Part shown: one piece after another, positions 50,333-64,000 of the stretch
Layout: every line of letters starts with the position of its first letter
Position numbering within the stretch: position 1 is the stretch's first letter
DNA from: Podarcis tiliguerta
Lineage: Eukaryota
Strand: one strand, 5' to 3'
DNA: 64,000 nt
NCBI GenBank assembly: GCA_965153285.1
Contig: OZ229115.1
Notes under the pieces: generated by a model
What the model was told of the DNA's origin: nothing
Seen by the model: only the letters and a program-made list of their open reading frames with translations
Databases searched by the model: none
Program-made: the position numbers and the translations under genes

Positions 50333-52745
50333 CTAGCATTAGATATACCTGCTATTTTCGCCTTACTTACAGGAGTGGAAGCAACCTGATCATCACTCTT
50401 TGTAGTTGTAATTTTAGATAATGGCAAGTATAATTGAGCTGCCCCTATTCCGTGGAACAAAAGCCAATCACTTTGTATTGTGATGCTGCTTGCACTTCCC
50501 TGCCATAATAGCTATTTTAGCCTTATGGGCTGTAATCTTACATACTGGTGTCTTACATTTGACTATTTTCCTGCTTGACCTGTGCTTTTGTTGCCTTATG
50601 CTGTTTTTGTTGCCTTATGCTGGTTTTTTTTTTTAAAAAAAGAAAGATTGCTTCAGAATAAGTGTGCACAGATACACTCCCAAGTTCTTCACACTTGTGG
50701 CAAAACATCTCTTAGAAACTATAACTTTTCTCCACAAGTTCAGAGAAATGTGCAGAGCTATCAACTACTGATGTCCAAAAAAACAACAACCCCACCTGAG
50801 TATCAGCATCACTAAAATAGTGAGGGAAAGTGCACATAGACTTTGTGACTTCATGTATATTTTGGTATTGACAGCTGAAGCTAATGGAATACCTTTAAAG
50901 TCTTGTTTCAGAACTATTACTAAGCTTCTTATATCTTAATTACATCCTAGTCCTACTTACTTGAAAGGAAATGTCACTGAGCTCAGTGAGATCTAGTTGG
51001 AATTAAATGTAGGTTTTCAGCCTTAGCAGAAGAAACCACATCATTCTACAGTGACTTAATATTAATTCTAATATTGTATTTATTTAAAAATTTATAGACT
51101 GCTCACCCTATAACAAGTAAAATAGCAATTAACTTCTACAGTATGATCAGCAGACAGTAATTAAAAAGCTTGAGGAAATAGTCTTAAGCATTCATTTGAA
51201 AGAGTGGATTGCTGGAGCGTGCCTTATCGTGATCGGTAACAGATTTTAATGTGCTAGTATTATTGGTAATAAATAATTCTGCATTTATTATTACCTGCCC
51301 CAAGGCATTTGACAGGCAAAGACTAGAAATCCAGATGAATCCTAATCTGAATTTGAAGGATGGTGATTGATCATAATGTTATTTTTGTTATGTGGTAGGT
51401 TACTGCTCACATTTTACAGATAGGAAGTTGATCAGCGAGTGAGTTATACTAAGACATTCTGCAAGTTTGTGGCTGATCTGGGTTTTGAAACCAGCCCCCC
51501 AGTTTTTGAGTCACTGGCTAATGTTAAATCATTAGCCATAATGTTCTAGTCATTGCTGCGATCTACTACTTCTGAATTTAACACTTGTAAGCTTCCTCCC
51601 CTCCTGCCGTGTACTATGGAAAGCTTTAACTGGCCATGTAGCTGTTGCTCCATCCCCTACTTTACAGAAAAGTATAAATATTGATAAAATTAATAATCAG
51701 ATCCTTCCCGTGTGTGGCAGATTAAATGAAAAGGGCTTTAAGTAGAGCGAGATAAAATAATTTATGGGGGAAAGGGCCTGAGGGCATCTTTCCCCACGTG
51801 AAGTGCTAACATTGCACTCTATCTAACCATGCTAAAATGACAGCAGGTTCCAAACAAGTGTCATAATAGCTTTCCTTGCATGGCTCTGATCAAAGTATAT
51901 ATTGCACGCATATTTGTATAATAAAGCTCCATCAGCAGCTACTTCCATACAAAGAAGAAAGTGGGTGGCATTTAGAAGTGAATTATCTCTTGCCACTTTT
52001 CCTCTCCAGCTTTGCCTCTGAACCAGCAACTCTTCCTTCCCTACCTGCAGGATTTGCAGATTTAAAAGAGGCGGGTTAAGCAGTCCCCGCTCCCCCCTCT
52101 AATACACTTCAATTTGCCTTTTTCCAAAAGTTGCTTTCCTTGGAAGAAGCAGATGCATGTAGTAACATAGCACCCAAGCCACCACTGTTTGCCATGTAAC
52201 ACTGAACGCTACTGTGTTAATAGCGCTGGCGGAAGACACAGTCCAGCTGCAGTGCAATAATTCTACAACTGGTGGAAGCACAACAATTTGTAATCCCATG
52301 AAGCCCTATTCCCTCACTGGGAGCAGCTGAAGCTATTTTGACTTGTCACAGTTATGCAGTAACTAGGCGCTTGGTGCAGGCATGGCTGGTACTTCCTTGG
52401 ACTTTTAGTGGATTCTATTTTTCAAATCAAATGTTTTATTAACAATTGGTCTGTTGCTTTAATCTGTTTTCAGTCTATTGTTATAAATTATGAAGCAGTC
52501 CTCTCCTACTGGATCAGATTGCACTCGACCAACCATGCTAATATTCTGTTCAGGTGTGGCTATTATTAGCATTTTCAAATCCTGGGGGAAACCCTGCCGT
52601 GTGGCATTTTATTGAGAAGCAGCTGTATTTGATGTTCCAATTAACATTTGAGATAGGCTTCACACCAAACTGTCGACTTTGGGTTTGTTTTGAAGCAAAG
52701 ACATGTATGTTGCTGTGTCTCAAGGCCGTATTTTCATTCTTTTAG

Positions 52746-52815
52746 ACTGAAAACATTCCTGTAGTAAGAAGACCTGACAGAAAGGATCTACTTGCATACC
52801 TAAATGGGGAAACAT
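52746..52815 (+). CDS. CDC73: CDC73 exon 3 (70 nt)
   Basis: TENIPVVRRPDRKDLLAYLNGET; TAG/GTGAGT. Confidence 0.97.
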
Positions 52816-53533
52816 GTGAGTTAAAAGTTATTTAACTGTTTCATGTTTTCACTAATCTGTTTTTCCTCCTTGGTCTAAAAATACAGGCTGTAGCCACTGC
52901 TGCTGTGGTGTTTGTGTAATGGGACTTCTCTTTCTCTGCTCTCCTTAGTTCACCCTCAAAATCTTCTCCAGAGGGTTGGGGGACCCTCTTGAGCATATCT
53001 GGGGAGCACGAAGGGGCTTCGGGGGGAGGAAAGGAAGGAGAAGTCCCACTGTATAAGGAGAACTCTGCACAACATTGGATGCAGCCCATTTCTGGGAAGT
53101 GAAGGGTGATGATCTTGGAGTTCATCAGATGTTTGGAGGCCTGGTACCTCTTTCCAAAATGAATCTGAAGCTTAATTAGTTAACCAGATAAGCTAAAATG
53201 AAGTCTAGATCATGTTGTAAATAGGGTGTGTGTGTGTGTTTACAAAAAGAGAATGATTGGTTGCCTGACTCTCTTGGAAACAAGCAGCACAAAGACCTGA
53301 ATGAAACTGTTGTCATGAGTGTCAACCAAAATCACCAAATAGGGAGCTGTCAGTGAAATTCTTATTGGGGGATGCTGCTCACATTAGTTACTTTCTGACC
53401 AACCAAAGTTGCAGCAAGCAAAGACATTTCTTGTCCATTTTAGCATGGCATGGTTACTTTTGGGGCTTGTCTATTTTATGTTTGTATATCTTAAAAGCAT
53501 TCATGATTTATTGATCTTATTGTATATTTTTAG

Positions 53534-53596
53534 CAACATCATCGAGCATAGACAGGAGTGCACCGCTTGAAATAGGTCTTCAACGATCTACTCAAG
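53534..53596 (+). CDS. CDC73: CDC73 exon 4 (63 nt)
   Basis: STSSSIDRSAPLEIGLQRSTQ; TAG/GT. Confidence 0.96.
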
Positions 53597-53683
53597 GTAT
53601 AATTTAGTTCTCAAGTATTACAACTGCACACTTTTTGAAGGGCTGCCTCATTCATGTATGTTAATTGCCTCTTTTCCTTGTAG

Positions 53684-53736
53684 TTAAAAGAGCAGCTGAT
53701 GAAATACTAGCAGAAGCAAAGAAACCAAGAATAGAG
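53684..53736 (+). CDS. CDC73: CDC73 exon 5 (53 nt), bipartite NLS
   Basis: VKRAADEILAEAKKPRIE; TAG/GTAAC. Confidence 0.96.
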
Positions 53737-53843
53737 GTAACCTAGTAATATTTTTTCTGAAAGGTTTGTGGGACAAAGTGGGTTTTGAAGACTTTATATG
53801 TCTTCAAAACAATTCAGAGAAGAGCCTGTGTCCTTGTACTGTA

Positions 53844-54085
53844 CAGTGGTACCTCAGGTTAAGTACTTAATTTGTTCCGGAGGTCTGTACTTAACCTGAA
53901 ACTGTTCTTAACCTGAAGCACCACTTTAGCTAATGGGGCCTCCTGCTATTGCCGCGCCGCCGGAGCACGATTTCTGTTCTCATCCTGAAGCAAAGTTCTT
54001 AACCCGAGGTAATATTTCTGGGTTAGCGGAGTCTGTAACCTGAAGCGTATGTAACCTGAAGCGTATGTAACCCGAGGTACCACTG
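53844..54085 (+). mobile_element. Tigger/pogo-like MITE, complete
   Basis: TA-CAGTGGTACCTC...GAGGTACCACTG-TA. Confidence 0.9.
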
Positions 54086-55267
54086 TATTCTCATAATGCT
54101 TCCCACTGGTATTTATGATAGTTTGAAGGACTGAGTCCTTGTGGTCTTTGAGTTAAGGACTCTAAATAACCAAACTTAGAATGTAAAAAAATTGTTCAGG
54201 GTAATGCAAATGGCTTGCGCTAACTTTCAGCTTTTTGATTTGCTTTTATGGATGGCTGATTCCATCCTATATTAGAAACAAGCTGCTTTTGGAACTATCC
54301 TCAGTTTTTGAAAGCAGTTTTTACCACACAGCATTGGGGTGAAGAGGAACTACACAGCATTGGGGTGAAGAGCAAGCTCAAAGCTCACATAAACTTACAG
54401 GACTTGTTTCACAATACTCTTTGTGATCATATTTAGTATTTGGGAGAGCTCAGTGGAGAACTCTCTCCGGTAGTTTGTGAAAGGTGAAGCATGAAATATA
54501 AGCCATGTTATGGAAGAAATAATTGGTAAACACCATTCCAAACAGTTTTTTTGGTGTGTAGGGTTATAGCTTGGACATTAAACTGATTTTTTAAAAAATA
54601 ATTGAATAGGTAACATAAAACTGGCTGGCAAATCTATACTGTTGGGGAATAGGGCTGGACAATACCTTGCTTTCAACAGTGTGCTTTGCCACCAGCTAAA
54701 CATCACAATATACTCATATATTGCAATTTCTGAAATAAGGATGGAGCTATGGCTGTTAGCTGGCTTCACGGTTTTTCCTGCATTGGGATTTTTGCCAGTA
54801 CCTGCTCTTGTGATTTGCTGCCCCCCTGCAGGAGGCAGAGGACAGCTGAGCTGGCTTCACAGTTCCCCTACATTGTGATTTTTGCATTGCACGCACGCAT
54901 GCTTGCACAAACACACATACAAAATCATTTGTAATATATTGTCAGGTCAAAAATTATGAAACTGATGTCGCGATATGGACTTCAAACCTGTTTTGGATGA
55001 TACATTGATATATACCCCAGCCCTACTGAGGAACAGCAGTGAACAGGCATGCCACGAACAGCCAATGCAACTGTACAGGCTTTATCTAAACTCCCTGATT
55101 TCAGTGGTTTGTGGACTAGGACTCCTTGTGGCTTGTGGGGCTGACTAAACGTTTCCCAGTTTGCTAAGGGGTAGCTTTGGGTGGCCTGTGCTGTAGTTTC
55201 TCTGACACTTGGCTTATCCTTGTAGGAAGCAAAAAAATATTCTTAAAAACACTGCTCTTATTCCTAG

Positions 55268-55375
<108 letters not shown>

Positions 55376-56560
55376 TGATAACTGCTAATTCAAGAATTGT
55401 GATAATGCTCTCGACATGTAGGCCTTTCTAAAATGTGACACAGCAAAAATGGCCAACCATTGAAAAAACGTTATCTGCGGTGTAATTGCAGGGACAATGT
55501 GAGATTTGTTGCTAACTATTTCATCCAATATTGTTAATTGGGAAATGGAAATATTCAAGAGAAGTAGTCAGTGTTTAATGGTATCTTGTAGAAAAGGCAC
55601 ATGGACTTAAAATGTAGTGCATCTTCCGTATGAAGAGAGAGCTTATCATTCTTGGTGTTCCTGCTACTGGCTATGCAGCCTGATCTTAATCACGCTTACT
55701 CCAGTGTTGTAAATCCCACAGAATTCAGTGGGACTCATAAGTAAATAACGTCAAGATGCAGCCTGACACCTGGAAAACTGGAGAATTGCTGCTCACCTCT
55801 GGGCTTCTGGGCTTCATTACTACACCTATAAAATGGAGCCAAGGAGATTTAGGATTTTAAAGCTGGTGAATTGTTTGTACTGTTTACGAAAGAAAAATTC
55901 AGTATTTTGAGATTAGAAAGAGTCTATAGGTTCCTGGTTAATTCATGTAACTCAAAGTTTGACCACAGTACAGAGTTTTTAGGTATAAGGACTTAATTTA
56001 GCTTCTCCAAGAGTCCATGTATCCCATATAGGACAGCACCATACAGGATAGGTAAATTTCCCAATCCATCTCAGTGGATTCCGTGATACTATGTGCATGT
56101 GGGCACATGGAGCTAAGGGCAGAAGATTTGCAAACATACATCTTTTTCCTAAAGCTATATTCTTCACCTACACATTAATTGCAAAATACATGATAGCAGT
56201 AAGAAGTACGCTGCCTTTTTTGTATAAGAAGCTCATAAAAATTGCTTAAGAAATTGCTGTTTCCTGTTTCTCGGGCAGGGGGAGAAGTGTTGCATGCAGA
56301 GCTGGGTGAAATCAACAGTTTTCCAGCAAAAAGGAGGAAGTATTCTTTCACATTTGTGTGTGAGAGAGACTTGTTTACGGTTAAACATTGTTTCAGGTAT
56401 AATTTTAAATTGCAATTCAATTTGTATTGAAGAAATTACTCGTTTATCAATTGTTCTGAGGTCAGGGAGCAGATCATTGAACCTGTCATTTGAAATCCAA
56501 GAGCTTTGAAAGTCCAGAAAGGTCAAGGTCATTTTGTCTAGCACTAAGGCAGCAGAGTAC

Positions 56561-56915
56561 GGGACGCGGGTGGCGCTGTGAGTAAAACCTCAGCGCCTAG
56601 GACTTGCCGAACGCATGGTCGGCAGTTCGAATCCCCGCGGCGGGGTGCGCTCCCGTCGTTCGGTCCCAGCGCCTGCCAACCTAGCAGTTTGAAAGCACCT
56701 CTGGGTGCAAGTAGATAAATAGGGACCACTCTGGCGGGAAGATAAACAGCGTTCCGTGTGCTGCGCTGGCTCGCCAGATGCAGCTTGTCACGCGGCCACG
56801 TGACCTGGAAGTGTCTGCGGACAGCGCTGGCTCCCAGCCTATAGAGTGAGATGAGCGCATAACCCTAGAGTCTGGCAAGACTGGTCCGTACGGGCAGGAG
56901 TACCTTTACCTTTAC
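56561..56915 (+). mobile_element. Sauria SINE, full length
   Basis: Head/tail as other copies; TSD ctaaggcagcag (56544-56555 / 56916-56927). Confidence 0.92.
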
Positions 56916-57561
56916 CTAAGGCAGCAGCACCAGTCTTAAGACTGTGGAAAAGGACAACTATTTGTACTGTGTTTCTGGTTTTTCTTAGGTTTGTATGGAC
57001 CCCCCCCCCCCAAGTTTTCCACTTGACAAGGGAAACTCAGAGAAACCACACATAATGTGAAACATGAGCTTACTGTTGCATGCAAATACATGCATTGGCT
57101 GTGTTTGAATGTAACAATAAGTGCCACGTCATTGAACAAGCCAGGATTCAGCTCACAGACATTCAAACAAACCATAGTCTGTTTTAGCTAATGTTGGCCT
57201 GTTGTCTGTCTTCTCTCTCGCACGTGAACCCATGCTACCCACAGCCTCTCTCAGCTGCTATGGTGAAGTCATCTGCACAGTGCACAGAACTGCCAAGCAT
57301 TATTGCTTCACCATTACCATTGGCAAGAAACACTAATGCTTTCCTCCAAGAGTATCAGTCACTTTTGCCACAACTTTAAGGGGAAAGTCCTACAGTATTT
57401 CTTGCTTCCCTCTTTCCTTTGTAGGCTTATTAGCCCACTTTGTTAATCATTTCCTTCCAGTCTACCTTAACTAGTGTATTTCCTATTGTGGCCAATCCTT
57501 AAATAAGAAACCTTTCCCCCAGTACTAATTTTTTACTGTGGAGCAAGCACAATAATGGGTA

Positions 57562-57813
57562 CAGTGGTACCTTTGTTTAAGAACAGCTTAGTTTATGAAC
57601 AACTTGGATTAAGAATGCTGCAAACCTGGAAGTAGGTGTTTTGGTTTGTGAACTTTGCCTTGGAAGCAGAACATGTTTCACTTCCTGTTGAGTGTGTTCC
57701 ATTTGTAAATTGAGTCTCCCGCTGCTATGGAAAAGCACGCCTTGGTTTAAGAACTCTTTGGTTTAAGAGCGGACTTCCAGAACAGATTAAGTTGGTAAAC
57801 CAAGATACCACTG
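57562..57813. mobile_element. Tigger/pogo-like MITE, different subfamily
   Basis: CAGTGGTACCTTTG / CAAGATACCACTG TIRs, different internal sequence. Confidence 0.75.
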
Positions 57814-58605
57814 TCTTAGCGATGACTTGAACCCTTAGGACTTAAAAGGAAGCTGTTGCAGAAACAGAGTTTAGTGGCAAGTGGTGGTGGTTTTAGGTCA
57901 CACTGTGCTAATCGCATCTGATCCTCTGCTAATATAAGAAAGAGTGCTTAGGCATGGATAAAAGTTCCTGCGTCCGTGAAAAGAAAAACCCTCACAAGAG
58001 CTTGCCAGTGGAGAGGTGTGTGAGGTACAGCCAGCTATGCAAAGTAATATTTGTGAGCTTTCTGTAAGTACCAAGCCTGGTGGGGCTTGCTGAATGCACC
58101 AACCAGCATTTCTAGCAAGCCTGCTTTGGGCAGGAATTGGCTGCTGTGCAAATGAGGAACTCCAGAGTGCAGCCAATCCCACTGGGACTTTATGTCACTA
58201 CCAGTCAGCTGACTTGTGTTGACAGGAAGCATCACTTTCCAACAATTGGGAGCACACTTTTAGGCTTCTGATTGTTCCTTTGCCGCTGTATTTTACCTGC
58301 CCCACAACTGATGTCTCATGGGATGTCAGGTGTGGGGCAAATGTGTGGTTTGGTGATAATGGCCTTGTGGGCAAATTGGGCTTCAACTGAGGCCTCATTT
58401 GGCCCAGTTGCTGGAAGTTCTCACTCTCTGTCTCCTCCACACCCCATGAGCTTAAGGACACAGCATAAAAAGAAAGATGATTGGGAGAGACAAGGAAAAA
58501 AGCAAGTTTAGGCACTCATTTTTTATTACAACTATCAACTGGAGTGGAAAGAGTTTTAAGGAGAAGAGGGCCCAAAAAATGCTGGTCTCTGATATAATCC
58601 ACATA

Positions 58606-58848
58606 CAGTGGTACCTCGGGTTACAGATGCTTCAGGTTACAGACACTTCAGGTTACAGACTCCGCTAACCCAGAAATAGTACCTCAGGTTAAGAACTTTG
58701 CTTCAGGATGAGAACAGAAATCATGCTCTGGTGGCATGGCGACAGCAGGAGGCCCCATTAGCTTAAGTGGTGCTTCAGGTTAAGAACAGTTTCAGGGTTA
58801 AGAACGGACCTCCAGAATGAATTAAGTTCTTAACCCGAGGTACCACTG
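58606..58848 (-). mobile_element. Tigger/pogo-like MITE, inverted relative to 53844-54085
   Basis: Same TIRs and TA TSD; internal sequence is the reverse complement. Confidence 0.9.
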
Positions 58849-59125
58849 TAGTCTTAATGCTCACATACATATTTCTAATCTGTAGCTTAGTGTTATGTCT
58901 GAATCAGATAACAGTGTCTGGAAGGAAGGAAAGAACGAAAGAAAGAAAGCCAAACTTGGCCCTAGGGCTGTAAATTAGTTTTATCTCAATCTCTCAATAT
59001 TGATACTTTTGAGATTTTTACAGTAAAACCGTAAGACCATGATTTATTGAGCTTGAAGATTTATGTGGTTTATCACTGGGACATTCATTTTATACCGTTG
59101 TTTGGTATAAAATGCTGGTTTGTAA

Positions 59126-59371
<246 letters not shown>

Positions 59372-60222
59372 TAGAATATTTGTGTCCCATCAACTGACAG
59401 ATGATTCTATGTCTACCTTTGATGTTCAGTAAGGACAAGGGTCATTTTAGAGTTTGACCGTAGTAGTGCAAATACATATGTGTACACATAGCAGACCAGT
59501 CCTATGCGTGTTTTCTCAGATGTGTGCAACTACTGTATGTTCACTTGTACTTTCCCCACATAAACATGCAAATGGCTGCAGCGTAAGAACTGTCAATATA
59601 CACCTCTGCAAATTTCCTTAGAAATTGCTTGTTTCTCAATCATTTCTCAGTCTCAATCATAGTTGAACCGTGATTTGGTGGTTGTCGTATGTATTTATTC
59701 ATATCCTAACACTCTTTAGAAGACACACTTTTTTTTCTTTTTTAGCTTTTTGGTCTTGCTTAATGACACCAGAGTCTATAAAGTATGAAAACCGCTAAAT
59801 GTTTTACCTTGTCATGCTCCTACAGCTGTTAACTCTTCTAGTTCAGTAAGGTACCAATGTTTTGCATGGTAAGTCTTAGGCCGGTACAACCCCTCCTCCT
59901 CCATTGACTGGATTCAATGATTCAGATCAGCCCTGAGCTGGGACTATCCCACAAATCCTTAAAAAAGCACAACCCACAAATCCTTAAAAAAGAAAAATTG
60001 TGTTTCTAATACCATTCCATATCTGAGAAATAAATGGGGGGAAATACAAAGATCACAAAAAAACCTCTGAAATAGAAAATAAATAACAATTTTAAGATTG
60101 CAAAAAAATAAACTGAAAACCAGAAAGTATTCCTCCTCCGACTTCCCATCCTCTCCTTCCATGGTTCCATTTCTCTATTTTTTTCCTCGCATTTTCTTGG
60201 TTCACCCCATCTATCACAACTA

Positions 60223-60423
60223 CAGTGGTACCTCTAGTTACGAACTTAATTCGTCCCAGAGGTCCGTTTTTAACCTGAAACTGTTCTTAACTAGAGGTGT
60301 GCACACGATTTCCGTTCTTATCCTGGGGCAAAGTTCTCAACTCGAGGTAACTCTTCCAGGTTAGCGGACTTTGTAACCTAAAGTGTTTGTAACCTGAGGT
60401 GTTTGTAACTCGAGGTACTACTG
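60223..60423 (+). mobile_element. Tigger/pogo-like MITE with internal deletion
   Basis: TA-CAGTGGTACCTC...GAGGTACTACTG-TA. Confidence 0.85.
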
Positions 60424-60429
60424 TACTCG

Positions 60430-60870
60430 TATACACGTTAGTTTTTTCTTACCATGCTGAAAATCTCACCATCCTGCTAGGTTAATTGTTTGTTTATAAT
60501 ACTTTTCATATATTCAATAAAAAATATCCAGTCCTCCTTATATTTTTCATCATTTTGATTTCTTATTCTAGTGGTCATCCCTGCTAACTCTGCATATTCT
60601 AACAGTTTAATATGCCATACCTTTGTTGAGATCTTGTCTGTTTTCCATTTTGGGGCTAGTAATACACATGCAGCTGTTGTCGCATAGAGGAACACTTCTG
60701 TTGTGATTAACCCCAGCAGCTATGCTTCTGGATTTTTAGAGAAGGGTTTTTTAAACTTTTTTTTTTAGGTCATTATGGATCATTTCCCAGTATTTTTAAA
60801 TTATACTACATGCCCACCACATGTGGTAAAATGATCCCTCTGCTGTCTTACATTTCCAGCAATTGCCCGT
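60430..60870 (-). mobile_element. L1/Tx1-like LINE ORF2 C-terminal remnant
   Basis: Minus strand reads NCWKCKTAEGSFYHMWWAC (CCHC knuckle) then FLYATTAA..LLAPKWK..W. Confidence 0.7.
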
Positions 60871-61808
60871 TGATGACCCACAAATCCTGATCACATTGCA
60901 AGAGGGAAAAAACCAGAAATGCCATTGACTTGCATTGGAAAGCCAAAATGCCTATATTTTGCTCCCCGCCCCCCCATAGGTGCATGAAATTTGGAGATAT
61001 GGTAATTCATCAATAAGGGATTAACACTTCAAAGTTTCAGATGCTGGAGTAAACATGATTAAGACCAGGCTTCACAGCCAGCAGCAGAAACACCATGCTA
61101 TTTATTTATATGGCGTGTGCACTATATTTTATGTTCATGGACCTTTTCTACAAGGTATCATTAACTACTGACAATTTCTTTTGTATATATCTATATTCCT
61201 GTTAACAGTATGTTATGAAAAACGAATTTCACACTGTCCCTGAAAGTACATTTCAGACTATACTGAGTTCACGGTTTTCAAGGGTTGTCCATTTTTTTGC
61301 CAGTACACATCTCAAAATACATAGAAAATGTATGATATGTTTTAACAAGCTACTGTACAAAATCCTGACGACAACAGCAATACCTTCTCTGAAAATTCTT
61401 GTTCCAAACTGTGACTCAGTGGAGGTGTGGTGATGTGACATAGGCCTGGCACATACCTATTGGAAAGGTTGCAGAGGAGGAATCTCTGCCAAGTGTTTTA
61501 GAAGAGTGGTTACTTGACCTGCCCATTTGTCTCGATGTGCAAACAAATATGCACATGTTGAATTTTGATGATTGTGGGTGCAGAAAGAATAAAGCAGGAT
61601 GTTGGTTTTATGTAACACTGGAACAAGGATTTCATAGATTTGGTCACAAAGTTCCCGATGCTTTCTTCTTTGTCTCATCTTGAGCATGATTTCTCCCTTG
61701 TTGGGAATTGTATGAGTTTAGTTTTGTTTGCCTCTGATTTTAAAATAAAGCTTCTAAACTGACTATGTTCTTGAAGGTAAATATTAAGACTCTACTACCT
61801 GCAGTGAT

Positions 61809-62166
61809 GGGACGCGGGTGGCGCTGTGGGTTAAACCACAGAGCCCAGGACTTGCCAGTCAGAAGGTCGGCGGTTCGAATCCCCACAATGGGGTGGGCTC
61901 CTGTTGCTAGGTCCCAGCTCCTGCCCACCTAGCACTTAGAAAGCACATCAAAGTGCAAGTAGATAAATAGGTACCACTCTGGTGGGAAGGTAAACGGCGT
62001 TTCCGTGCACTGCTCTGGTTTGCCAGAAGCGGCTAAGTCATGCTGGCCACATGACCTGGAAGCTGTACAACAGCTCCCTTGGCCAATAAAGCGAGATGAG
62101 CGCCACAACCCCAGAGTCGGTCACAACTGGACCAAATGGTCAGAGGTCCCTTTACCTTTACCTTTA
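61809..62166 (+). mobile_element. Sauria SINE, full length
   Basis: Head/tail as other copies; TSD tacctgcagtgatg (61796-61809 / 62165-62178). Confidence 0.92.
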
Positions 62167-62354
62167 CCTGCAGTGATGCAGCATTGGCTTTCAAACTGTG
62201 CAAACAGAGTGACATTCTTTTTTAACAACAAGAACAACAGTGTTGTTAAAAAATAATGTCATTCTATTTGCACTGTTTGAAAGCCAGTCTGAACACTGGG
62301 GAAATCTCTGGGGGACTAGTGCTGTGTCTGTGAGATGTGGCTTTGAATTTAAAT

Positions 62355-62575
62355 GCCAGTATGCTGTAGTGATTAGGGTGTCAGCTTAGGAACAGTGAGA
62401 CCAGGGTTCAAATCCCCACGCAGCCATGAAGCTCACTTGGTGACCTAGGGACAGTCACTGCCTCTCAGCCTAACCTACCTCTGGGAATTAAATGTGGAAG
62501 TAGGGGGGGGCGGCATGTATGCTATGTTGAGCTCCTTGAAGAAAAGGTGGAATATAATTGCAATAATAATAATAA
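62355..62575 (+). mobile_element. Old tRNA-derived SINE (CORE/MIR-like)
   Basis: B box gggttcaaatccc, gtgacctagggacagtcac core, AAT tail. Confidence 0.65.
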
Positions 62576-62855
62576 AAGCTGCGGTTTTGCTAGGATCTAT
62601 GACATTGAAGTCTTGCCACTCTAATCACTGTATTGAAAACAAAATGTATGCCAAAGAGCAAGCTGTGCTGCTCATGCCAGGACACAGGAGTTTGAAATAT
62701 TGACATGTTGGTTCAGATATCCTGGCAGCAATGTCTACAATTTAAAGACCATGTTCTGAGGAAGGAATGTTGCAGGGTCCTTGATATAATTCTCAGTATT
62801 GGCTACCTAAATATTCTGTTTTTGGTAGATGTGTATTTTACCTTAAACTAAGACA

Positions 62856-63205
62856 GCTGTGGTCTAAACCACAGAGCCTAGGGCTTGCCGATCAGAAGGT
62901 CAGCGGTTCGAATCCCCACGACAGGGTGAGTTTCTGTTGCTCGGTCCCAGCTCCTGGCAATCCTAGCAGTTCGAAAGCACGTCAAAGTGCAAGTAGAAAT
63001 ATAAGTACCGCTCTGGTGGGAAGGTAAACAGCGTTTCTCTGCGCTGCTCTGGTTCGCCAGAAGCGGCTTAGTCATGCTGGCCACATGACCCGGAAGCTGT
63101 ACGCTGGCTCCCTCGGCCAGTAAAGCGAGATGAGCGTCGCAACCCCAGAGTCATCTGCGACTGGACCTAACGGTCAGGGGTCCCTTTACCTTTACCTTTA
63201 CCTTT
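62856..63205 (+). mobile_element. Sauria SINE, slightly 5'-truncated
   Basis: Family body, B box GGTTCGAATCC, (ACCTTT)n tail. Confidence 0.9.
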
Positions 63206-64000
63206 AAGACTTAAAGCATGGGAGAGTTGAAGTTGGATCAGGACCAACTGATAAATCAGTCTGGTTTGTAGATCATTGGCCCCTGTTCTTAACTGTTTTT
63301 TCATGATAGCAACAGAAGGATGCTCCTCCCTCTTAATTTAGACTTGACCTATGGAAGTTCCATGGTTTTTCATTTGGAAAGTAAGTTCCCTCACCATCTC
63401 TGCTAGTTATTATTCTGTGCTACTTTGCCCCAAGCCACCTATTTTCTACTTGGTGGACTCTTGTTCCAGCAAAAAGAAAATTCTATAAAGCTGAAGTCTG
63501 CCCACCCCTGACTTAAACTGTTAGAAGAACAAGATGTTTTAAATGTTTGGGGCAAAGGTTTTGAAAGTAAGCTGAAATTGCTTTGTGCAAAATGTACCAG
63601 TACTGTACATGGAAGGTTGCCTGCAATGTGTCCCTTATTTGGTAACATCTAGTGACAGGCTCATCAAATGATGAGAATGTGCACTGAAATACTGCTATAA
63701 TGATGGACTACAAGTTGGGCGCTGCTTGTGTCAGTATATCCACATTATTTCTGACAAACGTTATGGTGGCGTCTTATAGCAGGAATATATCATAAGCAGT
63801 CCTGGGGAAGGGGCAAAGCAGGACAGGTTTTTTGTGGGTAAGCCAGTGAAGTGAGGAATCACATTATGATATGGGCAACCATAAGTATAGTTAATGTTAA
63901 GCATGAATGACCTGCATGCCGGTGATCACTTCTCAATTGTGAGTGGCAGTGGTTGCTGCTCATGGTTTAGTGAAAGACAAACCAAAAGTTGGGTTCAGCT

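Overview
Vertebrate genomic DNA from a squamate reptile; the Sauria SINE, BovB and Penelope content points to a lacertid lizard (inference). The window holds the conserved amniote block UCHL5(-) <> RO60/TROVE2(+) >< GLRX2(-) <> CDC73(+). I reconstructed coding exons by hand from splice sites and reading frame: UCHL5 exons 1-6 (gene continues off the left edge), complete RO60 (8 coding exons, 1617 nt, 538 aa), complete GLRX2 (4 exons, 145 aa, CSYC site) and CDC73 exons 1-7 (243 codons, continues off the right edge). Two CpG-island head-to-head promoter regions serve these pairs. Introns and the RO60-GLRX2 gap are full of transposable elements: Sauria SINEs, other tRNA-derived SINEs, CR1, BovB, Rex1/Babar-like, L1, L2, Penelope, Tigger-like and hAT MITEs. 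Most ORF-track entries are spurious. I found no wholly new multi-gene system. The best leads are a GC-AG intron in CDC73, a head-to-head pair of Penelope hammerhead-ribozyme motifs behind GLRX2, a weak-ATG/strong-ATG layout in GLRX2 giving a possible myristoylated short form, inverted repeat pairs bracketing UCHL5 and CDC73 exons, a 42-bp minisatellite beside a very compact GLRX2/CDC73 promoter, and an orphan 9-nt microexon-like signal downstream of RO60.
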